Positions 35,406 through 37,366 of a stretch of 37,366 bases of DNA are shown piece by piece. Each line of letters begins with the position of its first letter. The stretch's first letter is position 1. The stretch comes from Lama guanicoe (Eukaryota). Below the pieces are notes generated by a model. It had not been told where the DNA came from, did not search any database, and saw only the letters and a list, made by a program, of their open reading frames with translations. The stretch is from the NCBI GenBank assembly GCA_013239625.1, contig MU053652.1, forward strand, positions 8,591,499 through 8,628,864, given 5' to 3'. The position numbers and the translations under genes were made by a program.

Positions 35406-36609
35406 GTAAGTTTGAAGAGCTTTGTTTTGGGCATTCTTATGCTTTTAAATTTTTTTTTTTAAAATGGCTTTCCCATTTTAAGAAGCTCTCTGATGTGATA
35501 AGAAGGCTAAGAGTCTGCAGCCTTCCTTGAAAGTACTGTCAGTTCTATTTTGCAATTTGAAAACTAATTCTCCAGCCTGGTTTTGAGAGATAAACAGAAT
35601 TGGAAATTATTCACATCTTTTGAGGAGAAGTAAACTGTATAGAAAAATCTTCTGGCAGTGATTGATATAGCTGAGTAGAGCTATCTGTGGGTCCACATAT
35701 CTAATCTATCCTTTTTAATGAGGATAATAATAAGTTGCTATCTCGTGCCATTTTGTGCACTAAACTTTATAATAATTAAGGCCAATAACTAATTTCAGGA
35801 GGATAAATTGAATTCTTTTCTTCCTGGAGGAAATAATACTACCAAGACCACCTTTCTCTTTCGTCTGATTTTAGTTTGTGACTCATCAGGAATTCTCTGT
35901 GGATTTCCCATGAGCACCAGTTTTCACACAGGGTCATTAACTGCTTCACTGAGTTGCCAGTGGATGTTAAGAGCGTTCCCTTTCTTCCTAAATATTTCAG
36001 AGTCATTTGGGGCATAGATTCCTTTCTCTGTGCAGAGATTCTACACTTCTCAGCTGAAGAACAACATGCAAAGCTGTATTAGACTAGAAAGCATGAAAAC
36101 ATGGAGATGCAATGTGTCTGAACTGTTCTGGGGTAGCGAATCTCTGCAAGAATGACAGAGTAACTGGATGTACACACAGTTGGTTGGATTTGTGATTAAT
36201 TGACGGTGTATATACATCAGAAGTCCCTTAATGCAGCCTGAGGGAGCTTTATGTTACCCCGGTCATGGCCTGTTGAACAAGATGAAAATGCAGAAGCCTT
36301 ACCAGATACGTGTATGGCGTGAATCTGGTGGCGATAGTGGATACTGTCTAACTGGACCCTGACTCAGAGTATCTTAACAAGTATAGGGCGTTACCTTTCA
36401 TCTTACAAAACTCAGAGTTGGAATCTTTGAGTCAAAGTCTTGCAAGATGAAATCTTGGCCTGAGTCTTAATAGATGACATGTAACTGCTTATTTTTGCAT
36501 CATGAAATAAAGATAAAGAAAAGCCAGAAGTCTATGTTCAGGATGAAGGAAATGTGTTCAGGAAAGTAATTTGTGTAAAAAGATATATTTTTAAAAACCC
36601 CTTATGTTT

Positions 36610-36740
36610 GGTTTGGGTAAATGTACATGTTAACAGTAGGAAAACTGGGTGAGGCGGGTGTGGGGGCTGTCTGTATTACACGTGCAACTTTTGTGTAAAC
36701 CTAAAATTATTCCAGAATAAGTATATTTCAAAATAAGTGT
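36610..36740 (+). mobile_element. L1MC/MD 3' terminal fragment
   Basis: atgttaacagtaggaaaactgggtg...ctgtatta...gcaacttttgtgtaaacctaaaattattcca.aataa. Confidence 0.7.
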
Positions 36741-36874
36741 TTTTAATAAGTGTATTAAAAATAAGTAAGCATAATATGTTGTTGCTAGTTTAGTAAAAGG
36801 CACACTTAAGTTGTATTAATGAGAAAGAATATTGTTCCTCTGATGAAGGAGTATCACCGTTGATTTCTGAATGC

Positions 36875-37092
36875 GGATGGTGTTCTGTTCTAGGTGCCAA
36901 ATGTAAGTGAAAAGGTGTGGATAAATTTAGGTTATTTGGTTTGAAACGTGTCATAATACAGGTCACTTGAAGGAACTGGAGATGTTTAGCCTGGAGACAG
37001 ATTAGGCTTCTGTGTTGTGTGTGGCCCCAAGAGTAAAACTAGGGCTAACATGGAAACTGAAGTGGGGAAGATTTCAGCTGTGTATTGTCGGA
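36875..37092 (+). mobile_element. L3/CR1 LINE fragment
   Basis: ttgaaggaactggagatgtttagcctggaga and gtggccccaagag..aaactagg..gaagatttcagct. Confidence 0.7.
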
Positions 37093-37142
37093 GTTTGGTT
37101 GTGCTGCCCACATACGGAGTGGGACGGACAGTGAGCATCTCT

Positions 37143-37300
37143 GGCAGCCAGATTCTGGCTCACTTCACAATCATTTGGGAGGCATCTTGCGCAAATGCCG
37201 AAGCTCTGCCTTGGGCCTATGGAGTCAGAATTTCAGAATCTATACTTTGAAAAGTTTTCCAGGTGATTTGCATACAACTGATAGATTGCTGACCAATGGA
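37143..37300. mobile_element. MER5-like hAT-Charlie MITE
   Basis: aatcatttgggag..aaatgc..gagtcagaat..gaatctatacttt..aagttttccaggtgatt. Confidence 0.55.
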
Positions 37301-37366
37301 ATTAGGTGATTCCTTGCTGGGATTGTTACGGAAGAGACGTAAGACCTGAAGAGGTGTATTCACAAT

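Noticed and set aside
35406..37366. Nested RNF133/RNF148 genes known from CADPS2 introns
   Set aside because: No long single-exon ORF with PA or RING motifs in this window. If present they lie outside it.

Overview
AT-rich mammalian genomic DNA, almost all intronic. The one supportable protein-coding feature is a 114-bp internal exon at 35292-35405 (+). It has canonical AG/GT sites and encodes [38 protein letters not shown], recognised as CADPS2 (CAPS2), most likely exon 2. The supplied ORF track misses this exon, and its ORFs are L1 remnants or chance ORFs. The rest is upstream intron (probably intron 1) plus about 2 kb of the next intron. It holds young 5'-truncated L1 3' ends with target-site duplications (TSDs), older L1M elements, L2, L3/CR1, MIR, ERVL/MaLR solo LTRs, hAT MITEs and microsatellites. 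I saw no Alu, B1/B2, Bov-tA/BovB, PRE-1 or Can-SINE, and the young L1 tails look camelid-like (inference). The best oddities are a ~330-bp tandem duplication with uneven divergence, two L1 head-to-head 3'/5' joins resembling twin-priming inversion-deletions, a 54-bp L1 micro-insertion with TSD and a perfect PAR-bZIP palindrome. I found no convincing novel biological system. Repeat family names come from recalled consensus sequences, and boundaries of old repeats are approximate.
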